From NCBI RefSeq assembly GCF_009914755.1, contig NC_060947.1: DNA of 64,000 bases; one strand, written 5' to 3'. Position 1 is the first letter of the stretch. Each line of letters starts with the position of its first letter. Position numbers and translations under genes: made by a program. This stretch comes from the human T2T-CHM13v2.0 reference genome, Homo sapiens. Below the pieces are notes generated by a model that was not told the DNA's origin, did no database searches, and saw only the letters and a program-made list of their open reading frames with translations. This document shows, one piece after another, positions 14,736-30,836 of the stretch.

Positions 14736-14903
14736 AAATTAGCCAGCCGTGGTGGCACGCTCCTGTAGTCCCAACTACTTGGGAGGCTGAGGCACGAGAG
14801 TCACTTCAACCTGGGAGGCAGAGGTTGCAGTGAGCCAAGATGGCACCACTGCACTCCAGCAACATAGTGGGCAACATAGTGAGACTCCATCTCAAAATAA
14901 AAA
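14736..14903 (+). mobile_element. 5'-truncated Alu (right arm only)
   Basis: aaattagccagccgtggtggc...gagactccatctcaaaataaaa. Confidence 0.88.
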
Positions 14904-14939
14904 TATCGTTTTTCTATTTTATCTGTCACACTGTTAACT

Positions 14940-15470
14940 AAATTACCATATACCTCCTTTTGCTTAAAGTCTTTACTTTCTCCTCACTGCCTAAAGGATA
15001 AAACTTATACATGGCCCTCTCATAACCTGTAATCTTTATATTGTTCTCCTTTTCTTCCATGCAGCCTCACCAAATGATTCACCTTTCTCAAATCAAAACA
15101 TACCCCATTATAATCTTACTTTTGTCCTGTCATTATTTCTTCTTGGAGTGGTCTTGTTCTTGTGTATCTTCCTACTCCATTTTCTACTCATCTTTCCAGA
15201 CCTATTCAAACGTTATTAGTTTCTCAATAAAAGTCTTCCTCAGGTACTCTGGGCAATAACAGAGCTCTTCCCTCTTTCTCTATGTTCCTACAGCATTTTT
15301 TCACATTATTTTTATGGTATATTACTTGGAACCGAAATAGTTTATTTGTATGACTCTCCTAATAGACTTATATACTGACAGCAAGGAACTTGTCTTAATT
15401 TATCTTTGTATATTCAGGATATAGATCAACAATTGATACACGTTAAGCCTCAAAAATGTGGAATTAATTC
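14940..15470 (+). mobile_element. Degenerate L2
   Basis: Pyrimidine-rich; ctcactgcctaaaggataaa and gacagcaaggaacttgtctt...tttatctttgtat typical of the L2 3' region. Confidence 0.55.
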
Positions 15471-17769
15471 ATCTCTACGTTGCCTCAGTTATCATTTTGA
15501 ATACCCAAATCTGTAAAATGTTGAATAAATTGAACCGAATCTTTATTTCCCAAACATTTTTTCGATCAGTGATGAGAAATGATGTTAGATTTATTCTACC
15601 TCTGTTGGGCAGCTAGTGTCTCTAGAGCACTACTTGAAATGCCACATCTTGATGAGGAGAAGGCAGAATGTGCTTTGTTTAATTAGTCATACGTGTTACT
15701 GGTATAAGAAGGTTGATAGTTGGATTTGTGTTATCAATTTGCCACCCCCAGTCTTATTTGTATTCCTATATTTGTGATATCAATTTCTTTCATACCATGT
15801 CTGCTTCTTCATGGAAGTCAAATGCAAGGGACATTAGAGAATGAAAATATACAGCTAAGAATTTCTAATTTAATATTTTTTAATATGAATGTTGCTAATG
15901 TACAAATTCTGCTTATGTTGTAAAGCATGCTCAAAATGTAGTCTACAATCAAATCATGCTATAGAGATTTCTGTTCTCACATGATTGATCTCTTTAACAT
16001 CGTAAAATTCTAAATAATTTGTTACCAAGTGACGATTTGTGAAAACAGATGGTATGTTAAAGTAATAATGTCTTATATTCTTAATTTTCAAAAGGCAAAA
16101 GTGAGGAAAGAAAACCAAGTAGAAACCAAGAAACTGATGTGAAGAGAAAAAGCATGACATGCCCACAGATTAGTAACTTTTTATAGTCATTTAAATGCCA
16201 GAAGGGATGGATAAATTATTAATAAGTACTCAAAATTCCTTATCTATAGGTTTTTCAGTTTACACTCCCTTGATTCACTGCCTAAAGGGAGTTTGATAGC
16301 AAGAGTAAGATCCCTAAATCTATAGCCACACAGTACTTTCCACAGATAACTTATGCGCTCCTTGTGGGTAATATGGACATCAATAGAAGTCTCAAAAGAC
16401 TACCTCTTGTTAGTGATTTTGATTTCTATCCACTTGTTTCACAGTCTAAGTTGACAACAAAATGTTATCTTGTCAGGAATATTTAGAATGTGTCTTTACA
16501 TATAATACTTTCTTTTCTTTCTTGCCTTTAATGTACAGTTATAGAAAATGGGGACAGTCTTTAAAAACAATGTCTCTAGTTATGAAAAAGTAAATGGAAG
16601 GTTATTTAACAACATTCATAAATTTTGGACTATGTATTAAAATAATATGCCTTCTGAGTGAGGAAATATTTGTAATGGAAAGATTAAATTAGGCTCCTTT
16701 TCTTTCATTTCCCCAAGTAGTATATTAATTTTGAAATACGTTCAACTTTTAGTCATATGGTATTTATTAGCCATTTATTAAGCACAAATATTGTTCATAG
16801 TACTAGTTTAAATAATAGATTAAGGAAGCTGAAGGTATACAAGCAATGTAAAAACTATTTTTTTATAGTTGGTGCTCCCTTAAACATCCCTTACATACCC
16901 CAAAGCCTTACGAAGACTTACAAACTCATCAAATTTACATACAATCTGCTGACCTCAAGATCTCTGTTTACTCTGAGGTCTGCTATGCACTACCCTCATT
17001 ACAATCTACTTTGAAATTCTTAATAATAAATGCACTCTTTCTGGTGAGACAACAATTATAAGTATATTGTATTTTATTACATTTAAATAATTCAGGATAT
17101 CATAATATATTATGCTTGACTATAATTCCTCCTCCATAAATGTATTCACATTGTCTCATGGATTATTTTATCGGGCTATCTAGTTGTCACCTTGGAAATT
17201 AGAAAAATTGACCCCAAATTGACCATAACCAAAGCAAAAAAGTTTTGATGGTAAGATAAAAGGAGGATGCAGCAATGGTTTATGCCTTTATAAAGCAACC
17301 CAATTAGGATTATGTACAGAGGTAGGGCCTTGCATAGTTCTATTTTGAAAAGTGGATTAAATGAATATTGCAAAAGAAAATTTGCATATGCTTGCAAATA
17401 TTGCATATTTGCATACTTTTGCCTACATATCTGCTGTTATGCATTTTCTAAACTAGAAGCTGACCATGATAGTACTACAGTGTAGAAATTACATGTCTAC
17501 ACTTCATTTAATATCAAAGCTCAGAGGATCTTACATCTGGGAAAAACAATTCACCTTATCCAATCAAACTCTCTCATTTGACACATGGGGAAATAATCTT
17601 AACATAATTCTTGTCCCCCAAGAGACCATTATTTTAAAGTTGTTATAGACACCTATTAACAGATACAAAATATGGAAGAAGAAGAAAAGACATAAAAAAT
17701 CCCTAGTGTAAAATAAATATCCCTTAAAAATGAATATTTCAATGACATGAGATACATCAAAAATATCTC

Positions 17770-18120
17770 ATTTATTATCAACTAAACAAATATTCTTTAT
17801 GATTGAATGTTTACTATGTGCCAGGCACAGTGCTAAATTCTAGGGATTTTAGGAGATTAAATCAGTTTGTTCCTTTCATTATTAAGCTTACAATTTAGAA
17901 GGAAAAGTAAACATGTATCCACCTATGATTTTTTAAATTGCTATGAGAATTTAGATGTAACATTTCATTTTATAAAATATGTTTGGTAACCTTGTATTCC
18001 TTTATGATTTGCAAAAACCTTTCATATACATATACTCATGTAATTCTCACAACTTTGTGAGGTTGGTATTATCATCACAAGAATGGTAATTACAGAAACC
18101 AAAAGTATGATTTAACACAC
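17770..18120 (-). mobile_element. L2 3' fragment followed by a MIR fragment
   Basis: attgaatgtttactatgtgccaggcacagtgctaa; aattctcacaactttgtgaggttggtattatca. Confidence 0.55.
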
Positions 18121-18619
18121 GTTTGTAATCAAAAAGACCAAATTCTTGTGAGGAAGATAATGTGTATTTAACTAAAAAGAAATGTGTTTAATTCTTAGAA
18201 GAGGTTTGTATAGTTAAAAGCTGGATGCATCTTATACTGTATGAATTTTGACATTATTTTGGAAGGCTATATTTTATTAAAAGAAATAAGTTTCAACAAT
18301 ATCAAGGCATTGTTACTGCATTCTAGGAAATGATTGGGAAATGGGATTTTAGTTAAACTAAAGTTATCATTTAACTAAAAATCCCCTCTACGTTAAATGG
18401 AACAGCCTAGGGCAAGGACATAGATGCATAAGCTGTGGGAATGTGTGGCCCAAAACCCTCTCATGAGCGAACAATTATATTGCTTGCACTCACAAGTTAT
18501 TGCTTCTTAGAAATATAGCACTTACCAACCACAAATCTTTAATATAGTAAACATAGTGTCAACTCCAAAGTTGAAAGAGAGGTCAGAAATCATAAAGTTA
18601 AAGTTATTGCCTCTGGCAT

Positions 18620-19940
18620 CCTAGCTGACTAAGTAACCTGAACAACCCTTTGAGTGAAAAAAAGACAACAAAAATGCTGGAAAAATATTTTTAAATAAAA
18701 TAAATGTAAGCTAAGACCCAGAGGAAAAATACGTTGAGAGATAGCTTTCAATCTGATAGTATCTGACAAATGTGTGAACTTGAACTTTGATTTTCCAACT
18801 CTTTCAAGACTTGGGGGGAGAATAGGCAAAGCACAAGGGTCATCCAATTTGGTATGTCTAATAGGAAATACTCCCAACATAAAGCTGGGGTTCCCAGCAG
18901 CTACACCTTCAAAGTAAGAATATACTAGAAATAAATCTGCTTTCCTTCCTCTGCACCTTCAGAATAATGCAAAGAAATATGTCTAATTGATCTTTGGCAT
19001 TGAGTTCAGGGGCAAAAAAATAAGTCTTCTTTGAAAACTTGTAGCCAAAACATTGGTCTTACGTGCATCTACAGCCTAAATTCCTACTACATTGGTAGTT
19101 TGAAAAATCTTTATCCAAGAATTTAAAGTATCCAGAGCTGGTAGAACTTCCTGATAGCTTGCAGAAGAAAATGAAAATATTTTCTGGAGAAACTCAGCTA
19201 AAGCCCAATCCTTTGAAAGGAAATCCTTTGAAAGGATTTTCAAAGATAAAGTCTCCAGAATTATGAAGTCAAATTCAAAAATCACTAAACACAAAATGGA
19301 CTAACGTGCCATATATGAAAGCCAGCAAGAGCATCAGACTATGGAGTTAAACCTGAAAATACTCCATATATTTGAATTACTAGAATAAGAATATAGAAAT
19401 AAGTATAGTGATAGGTTTTAAAAAGAAAAGAAGCAATTAAATATGATAAAAATAAGGAAATATAAAAAGGAGCAAAAGACCTGAGAATATCCTTACTGGA
19501 TTTAAGAATTAAAAATAAAATATTGGATATTAAGAGCTCAGTAGGAATGGAAAACATGTTCAGTACAATTTAACATCATTTTTAATTTAAAAATGATTTA
19601 AAAAATGCTAGAAGGAAATATTTAATTAGATTAAAGATACCACCACAAACCCCACAGTAAAAACCATAATTAATGGAAAAATATGAAAAACGTTCCTTTT
19701 AAGTTCAGGGACATATTACTTCTATTTAACAATATATTGAATTTTAAAGCCAGTACAATAAGTCAAAAAAAATAAATAACTAGAAAAGGAGAAAAATATC
19801 ATTTTCTCAGATAATATTGTGTTTGAAAAAACCCAAATCTACAGATTATTACATTCAACAAGAAAGTTTATAAACTGCATGATAAAAAAATGAAAAATTA
19901 ATTGCATTCAAATTAACAGTAGCAAGCAGATACAAAGTGT
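18620..19940 (+). mobile_element. Very old L1M fragments
   Basis: A-rich strand with L1 ORF2-like pieces (cttctatttaacaatatattga, cattttctcagataatattgt); boundaries uncertain. Confidence 0.45.
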
Positions 19941-20594
19941 AACTTTTTAAATGTTCAAGTTTATACTCAGAGTAGACCATAAATCTATATTCACAGTTAA
20001 ACAAGTATTAATGGAATGGAGAACCATGTAACCAATGCTTTAGTCATAAACTGCAATATTGTTGGCACTGCAGCAACTCCCCACATGCTACTTCCTTATC
20101 ATGACCTTCTCCCTAAATGTAACCACAATCCTGGTTTGGGGGTTAATAATCCAGCATTCCGGTCAATTTGATTCTTTCTACCAGGAAATAGGGATCTCTA
20201 GGGAATCCCAAATTATTTTTCTCAGCTACTGGCTGTTGAATTACCAGGACATACTTTTATTGGTTTGCATCCACAACTATCTTTGCCCCTTATCACTGTG
20301 ACAGCAGTTGGTTGCTGTACCTCCCTCATTTTCCCTCTCATTCCTGGATCCAGACCAAAGAAGTGATCCTCAAGCTCATCATTTTGGACCATTTTTATAA
20401 ACTGATGATAGTTGGATCAAATAATTCAAAACCCTTCACTAAACACTGTATTATATCAATTCTAATTTACTATTATCCTTATCCTGGGTAAACAGTAAAG
20501 GTATAGGAATTCAGTATTTTCCTCTTTTTAACAAAACAATGAGAGATAAAAGCCAGACATGATTCAGAAATAATTTAATATCTAATTTCAGGAG

Positions 20595-21065
20595 TGTTGG
20601 GTTCCTTTTCACAGAAGCAGAGGCAGATGGGAATTCTTGAATAAGTTATTTATTGAAGGAGTGCTCTCAGGAGAAAGAAGTGAAGGAAGCAAATACGGCA
20701 GGCATTTATAAGTCAGGTACATATAAATCAAGCAAGAGCATGCCTAACCGGGAGTCTAGATTGAACCTAACTCTGCAGGGAGCTCTGGAGCATGAATTGT
20801 AACACAGAATAGTTACTGCCTTGAGGCTAGGAGGGCAGCATTTTGTATGCCAATACCAGTCATTGGTCAGTGGTTGTCCCTGGGAGCAGGAGTGGATGGG
20901 AGGGAAGAGGAGGAGCTGAGAGGGAGGTGTTGTTTCCCAGGCAAGGTAAGGGCAATTTTCTGGAGAAAGGCCAGCTATTAATATTAGCAACCAACCCTCA
21001 CAACAGCTGAGGGATGAGAGCAGTAGGCAGGTAAACAGAATCTTGGTGTGGAACCAAGAAGGTCT
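20595..21065 (-). mobile_element. ERVL-type LTR (LTR16/LTR33-like)
   Basis: gggttcc...cagaagcagaggcagatggga...tttattgaaggagtgctctcagg; ggggagctctggagc; cagtcattgg. Confidence 0.55.
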
Positions 21066-21545
21066 ACTAGAAGGAGAAAGAAATTTTCTAGAAATACTTT
21101 TAGTGTTTATTAGACCACGGAATAGGTATATTAAAAGTTGCCTAGTTTGAATTCTGTATAACATATTGCTTGATATATCACAAGCATATTTCAGTTTACT
21201 GGAACAAAAGATATTGGGTTTTTAGAATAACTCCAGTTTTAAATTGAGACAGGATCTGCACTTTAAGGGCATAACTACTAATAAGATTTCACTGAGCAAC
21301 AATAGTTATAAGTTGAATGACTGGTGATTGTCAACTAGAAGAAGCTGTAGCAATACAAATTGCAACATTTTGATATATTTGACAGAATAATAAGGACATG
21401 GGGCATTTCAAGACTTTCATATAATCTTTGAAATACTATATTTACAAAATAAAAGTAAATCACATTTATCTGACCGAAAAAAAGAGAAAACTTCATAAAG
21501 GGAGATATTTCTCCAGAGAACTGTGAGTAGAAACATACAGCTTTG

Positions 21546-22420
21546 AGGAACAGCTCCGGTCTACAGCTCCCAGCGTGAGCGACGCAGAAGACGGGTGATT
21601 TCTGCATTTCCACCTGAGGTACCGGGTTCATCTCACTAGGGAGTGCCAGACAGTGGGCGCAGGCCAGTGTGTGCGCGCACCGTGCGCGAGCCGAAGCAGG
21701 TCGAGGCATTGCCTCACCTGGGAAGCGCAAGGGGTCAGGGAGTTCCCTTTCCGAGTCAAAGAAAGGGGTGACGGACGCACCTGGAAAATCGGGTCACTCC
21801 CACCCGAATATTGCGCTTTTCAGACCGGCTTAAAAAACGGCGCACCATGAGACTATATCCCACACCTGGCTCGGAGGGTCCTACGCCCACGGAGTCTCGC
21901 TGATTGCTAGCACAGCAGTCTGAGATCAAACTGCAAGGCGGCAGCGAGGCTGGGGGAGGGGCGCCCGCCATTGCCCAGGCTTGCTTAGGTAAACAAAGCA
22001 GCCGGGAAGCTGGAACTGGGTGGAGCCCACCACAGCTCAAGGAGGCCTGCCTGCCTCTGTAGGCTCTGGGGGCAGGGCACAGACAAACAAAAAGACAGCA
22101 GTAACCTCTGCAGACTTAAATGTCCCTGTCTGACAGCTTTGAAGAGAGCAGTGGTTCTCCCAGCACGCAGCTGGAGATCTGAGAACCGGCACACTGCCTC
22201 CTCAAGTGGGTCCCTGACCCCTGACCCCCGAGCAGCCTAACTGGGAGGCACCCCCCAGCAGGGGCACACTGACACCTCACACAGCAGGGTATTCCAACAG
22301 ACCTGCAGCTGAGGGTCCTGTCTGTTAGAAGGAAAACTAACAACCAGAAAGGACATCCACACCGAAAACCCATCTGTACATCACCATCATCAAAGACCAA
22401 AAGTAGATAAAACCACAAAG
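21546..22420 (+). promoter_or_regulatory. L1 5' UTR: CpG-rich internal sense promoter and antisense promoter, YY1 site absent
   Basis: Starts at aggaacagctccggtctacagc; CpG dense at 21555-22010; junction cacacagcagggtattccaacagacc is the short form lacking the ZNF93-binding segment of older L1PA. Confidence 0.9.
21756..21971 (-). CDS. L1 ORF0, 71 aa, intact
   Basis: MAGAPPPASLPPCSLISDCCASNQRDSVGVGPSEPGVGYSLMVRRFLSRSEKRNIRVGVTRFSRCVRHPFL; ATG is the CAT at 21969-21971. Confidence 0.88.
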   Translation of the reverse strand: MAGAPPPASLPPCSLISDCCASNQRDSVGVGPSEPGVGYSLMVRRFLSRSEKRNIRVGVTRFSRCVRHPFL

Positions 22421-23436
22421 ATGGGGAAAAAACAGAACAGAAAAACTGGAAACTCTAAAACGCAGAGCGCCTCTCCTCCTCCAAAGGAACGCAGTTCCTC
22501 AACAGCAATGGAACAAAGCTGGATGGACAATGATTTTGACTAGCTGAGAGAAGAAGGCTTCAGACGATCAAATTACACTGAGCTACGTGAGGACATTCAA
22601 ACCAAAGGCAAAGAAGTTGAAAACTTTGAAAAAAATTTAGAAGAATGTATAACTAGAATAACCAATACAGAGAAGTGCTTAAAGGAGCTGATGGAGCTGA
22701 AAACCAAGGCTAGAGAAGTACGTGAAGAATGCAGAAGCCTCAGGAGCCGATGCGATCAACTGGAAGAAAGGGTATCAGTGATGGAAGATGAAATGAATGA
22801 AATGAAGCGAGAAGGGAAGTTTAGAGGAAAAAGAATAAAAAGAAATGAGCAAAGCCTCCAAGAAATATGGGACTATGTGAAAAGACCAAATTTACGTCTG
22901 ATTGGTGTACCTGAAAGTGATGTGGAGAATGGAACCAAGTTGGAAAACACTCTGCAGGATATTATCCAGGAGAACTTCCCCAATCTAGCAAGGCAGGCCA
23001 ACGTTCAGATTCAGGAAATACAGAGAACGCCACAAAGATACTCCTCAAAAAGAGCAACTCCAAGACACATAATTGTCAGATTCACCAAAGTTGAAATGAA
23101 GGAAAAAATGTTAAGGCCAGCCAGAGAGAAAGGTCGGGTTACCCTCAAAGGGAAGCCCATCAGACTAACAGTGGATCTCTCGGCAGAAACCCTACAAGCC
23201 AGAAGAGAGTGGGGGCCAATATTCAACATTCTTAAAGAAAAGAATTTTCAACCCAGAATTTCATATCCAGCCAAACTAAGCTTCATAAGTGAAGGAAAAA
23301 AAAATCCTTTGCAGACAAGCAAATGCTGAGAGAGTCTGTCACCACCAGGCCTGCCTTACAAGAGCTCCTGAAGGAAGCACTAAACATGGAAGGAAACAAC
23401 TGGTACCAGCCACTGCAAAAACATGCCAAATAGTAA
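22421..23436 (+). pseudogene. L1 ORF1, disrupted
   Basis: ATGGGGAAAAAACAGAAC start; in-frame TAG at codon 41 (22541-22543); 1-bp deletion in the A-run at ~23296-23304; residual ORF 22691-23329 keeps RPNLRLIG and ARREWG. Confidence 0.95.
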
Positions 23437-23475
23437 AGACCATTGAGACTAGGAAGAAACTGCATCAACTAATGA

Positions 23476-27327
<3,852 letters not shown>

Positions 27328-27969
27328 ACAATGAGATCACATGGACACAGGAAGGGGAATATCACACTCTGGGGACTGTGGTGGGGTGGGGGGAGGGGGG
27401 AGGGATAGCATTGGGAGATATACCTAATGCTAGATGACGCGTTAGTGGGTGCAGCGCACCAGCATGGCACATGTATACATATGTAACTAACCTGCACAAT
27501 GTGCACATGTACCCTAAAACTTAAAGTATAATAAAAAAAAAAACATACAGCTTTTCCCTCAAAAAAAAAAATCTAAAACCAGCATTTATCACCCACCCCA
27601 AATCATATACGATTTTAAAAAGACCTACTGCTAATAAGTTTTAAGATCGTTTATGAGCAGAAGAAAGCACTAATTATTATAATTGGTAACAGTTAGTCTA
27701 AAACAACTCATAATCTTAAGCTGTGGCTAAGGCTCAAGCTGTTGCCCAGTCTTTTAATACAGGGACCTTAGCTCTTAGCAGCTTTCCTTTCCTGCTGCTT
27801 CATGTGGCCATCCTTCCATACTGCCTAATGTAGGATCTGGAAGCTTCACGCTTCTGCTGTTTCTGATGACACATTAATATTGCTCTACCCTGCTATTATT
27901 ACTTCCATTCATAACTTTGCTCTATTAAAAGTATTAGTAACTTCACTTGGAGTGGACAGTGGAGGATAT

Positions 27970-28212
27970 CAGTATTTGTTGAGTAGCTTCTAGAAAATAG
28001 GAAATTTACATATATTTTAATGGAGTAGTAATTTTCATCTTAATGATTTTCTTAAATAATCTTATAAAATATTTATTCTTATTCTACAGCCATGTAAATT
28101 CAACTGAAAATAAGCTAAATAACTTACAAAAAGTCTAACAAATAATAAATGACTGGACAGGGGTTTGAACCCAAAGACTGGCCTTTTAAAAAAATCTGTG
28201 CCCTTTCTACTA
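27970..28212. mobile_element. MIR fragment
   Basis: gctaaataacttac...gggtttgaacccaaagactgg...tgtgccctttctactac. Confidence 0.5.
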
Positions 28213-28214
28213 CA

Positions 28215-28423
28215 TAAGTTGTTATCAAACTTACAACATCATTATGTTATGTTGGTCCTGAACCAGCAACACCAGCATCACCTCATAACTTGTTAGAAGT
28301 ACAAATTCTTGTACCTTATTACAGATGTACTGAACTAGATACTGCTAGATTTGGGCCCAGAAATCTATGTTTTAACAAGTTCTTTGGATGTTTCTGGTGC
28401 ACACTGAAGTTTGAGAATCTCTG
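28215..28423. mobile_element. MER5A-like hAT-Charlie MITE
   Basis: cagcatcacc...cttgttagaagtacaaattct...gggcccagaaatctatgttttaacaag...aagtttgagaatctctg. Confidence 0.75.
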
Positions 28424-28669
28424 TCCTATGCTGTATTGCTTTTTTCAATGGAATGAAGCAGATGAAATCTTAGGTCAGGCTTCAGATACTTTCTCCTCTT
28501 AGAAATTACAGGCTTTTTGACCGCAAAGATATCCCTTAGCTTTAAACACTGTTTTTCAAGGTTTTGTTTACTTTGCTTTTTTCTTTTTTTTTTTTTTTTT
28601 GGAGGCTCATAAACAGATCTATTCCCTGGACATCATCCCATGTCTCTCTATCATTGCCACACCTTTCAC

Positions 28670-29560
28670 TTAATGCTTATTTATTCATTTATTTATTCAT
28701 GTATTCTTTCATTCAGCTACTTTTATTTGAAAGCCTTTTATGTGTCAGGTACTGTGCTAGGCGAGTTAATGGCCCCTCAAATAAAGTCCATGTCCTAATC
28801 CCCAGAAACTTTGAATATGTCATGTTGCATGGCAAAAGGGAATTTAGGTTGCAGATTAAATTAAGATTGCTAATCAACTGACTTAAAAATAGCGAGATTT
28901 TCCTGGATTATCTGTGTGAGCCCAATGAAATCACAAAGATCCTTAAAAGAGAGAGAGAGAAAAATGTGACTATGGAAGAGAGAACTAGAGAAATGACAGT
29001 ATGGGAAGTACTCAGCTTGTTGTTGTTGGCTTTGACGATGGGAGAAGGGGCCATGAGCCAAGGAAGGCAGGCAGCCTCTAGAAGCTGCAAAAGACAAGAA
29101 AACAGATTCTTCCCTAGAGTCTCCAGAAGGAATGAAGCCCTGTCAAAACTTGATGTTACTCCAGTGAGACCTCTATCAGGCTTCGGACCTCCAGAACTGT
29201 AAGACAATTCATTTATTTTGTTTAAAGATACTAAATTTGTGTTGATTTATCACAGCAGCAACAGGAAACTACTACAGGTACTCTCTTGGTTATTGGAGCT
29301 GCGGCAGCAAGCAAGAGAGGTTCAGCCCTAGCCCTCAAGTAAAGGAGAAAGAAACACTCTATTAAGGGAGATAAACCAAATAATTATTTGTTGTGTGGTA
29401 AATGTTATGCTAGGTAGCACTTGCCTGGAGGAAAAGGACTTTAAGTCCAGACACGAACTTTAAATAGAAGCTAAATATGCAAAGAGGGGGGATAGGAAGT
29501 GTGTTTGTGGAACCGCATGTGCAAAGAACTGGAAGTAAAATAATCTGTGTTTTAAGAAAT
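28670..29560 (-). mobile_element. L2 3' end split by MLT1D
   Basis: (attc/attt)n tail remnant, tttattt...tatgtgtcaggtac, resuming after the LTR (gccctcaag, gcatgtgcaaag). Confidence 0.6.
28753..29276 (+). mobile_element. MLT1D-like MaLR solo LTR with 5-bp TSD
   Basis: tgtgctagg...taatggcccc...gtccatgtcctaatccccagaa...ggaaactactaca; TSD ggtac at 28748-28752 and 29277-29281. Confidence 0.9.
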
Positions 29561-30142
29561 GTCAATGATGTTTAACCACCTCACAGTCCCTAAGTTATGT
29601 ATGCAGAGGAGATACAGCTACTGTAACCCATGATAGAAGAGACAGATAATTAAAGAAATGTAAAATTCAAACTTCTGTATCATTAACTCAATAATCCATG
29701 TGTGAAATTATTCAGTAGGTCCAATTTTTCTCCCTTATTTCCTAATTTCATCATTTATTCATTTGACTATTTGATATCATCTTTGTGAAAGCCTGTGTAA
29801 GAGAAAGGAAGGGTGACAAAACTAAAAAATGAAAAAGTCCATCTTTAATTACAGCTAGTCAGAGTAATTACAGGCACTCACTGAGGAAAGACAAAATTTA
29901 ATGAAAACTGAAATTTACCAGTTCGCCATTGTATTTCCAATTAGCAAGAATAACAGAAAATAAATTTCAAATAAAACATCAATTTTATTCTAGCAACAGC
30001 AATTGTAGTTCATCAAAATGTTCTGGTGCTCCAGAGAAATATGTAAAAATAATTAAATGCCACAACATATTAACCAATAGGATGAAGAACAAGTACAACT
30101 CCTTTATTTGGCATACTTCACTTGGACTTTAAAAAGGAAATG

Positions 30143-30695
<553 letters not shown>

Positions 30696-30705
30696 TCCTG
30701 GAGAA

Positions 30706-30836
30706 TTTTCCTTCCCTCCCTCCCTTCTTCCCTTCCCTTCCCTTCCTTCCTTCCTTCCTCCCTCTTTCCCTCCCTCCTTCCCCCCTCCCTCCTTCCCCCC
30801 CCCCGCCGTCCCTTCCTTCCTTCCTTTTTTTTCCTT
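30706..30836. repeat. Polypyrimidine (CCTT/CCCT)n simple repeat
   Basis: Directly visible. Confidence 0.95.

Noticed and set aside
19207-19236. 15-bp tandem duplication aatcctttgaaagga
   Set aside because: Ordinary slippage-type duplication in a decayed L1
27371-27403. G-quadruplex-forming tract
   Set aside because: Standard feature of the L1PA 3' UTR
27541-27575. Second A-run after the L1, possibly a 3' transduction
   Set aside because: It lies outside the 3' TSD, so it is pre-existing target DNA
28966-29202. ORF with a signal-peptide-like stretch (WEVLSLLLLAL)
   Set aside because: Lies entirely within the MLT1D LTR, so it is most likely chance
29880-30120. Possible minus-strand exon with donor gtaaat at ~29918
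   Set aside because: No convincing acceptor or recognisable reading frame; unsupported without transcript data
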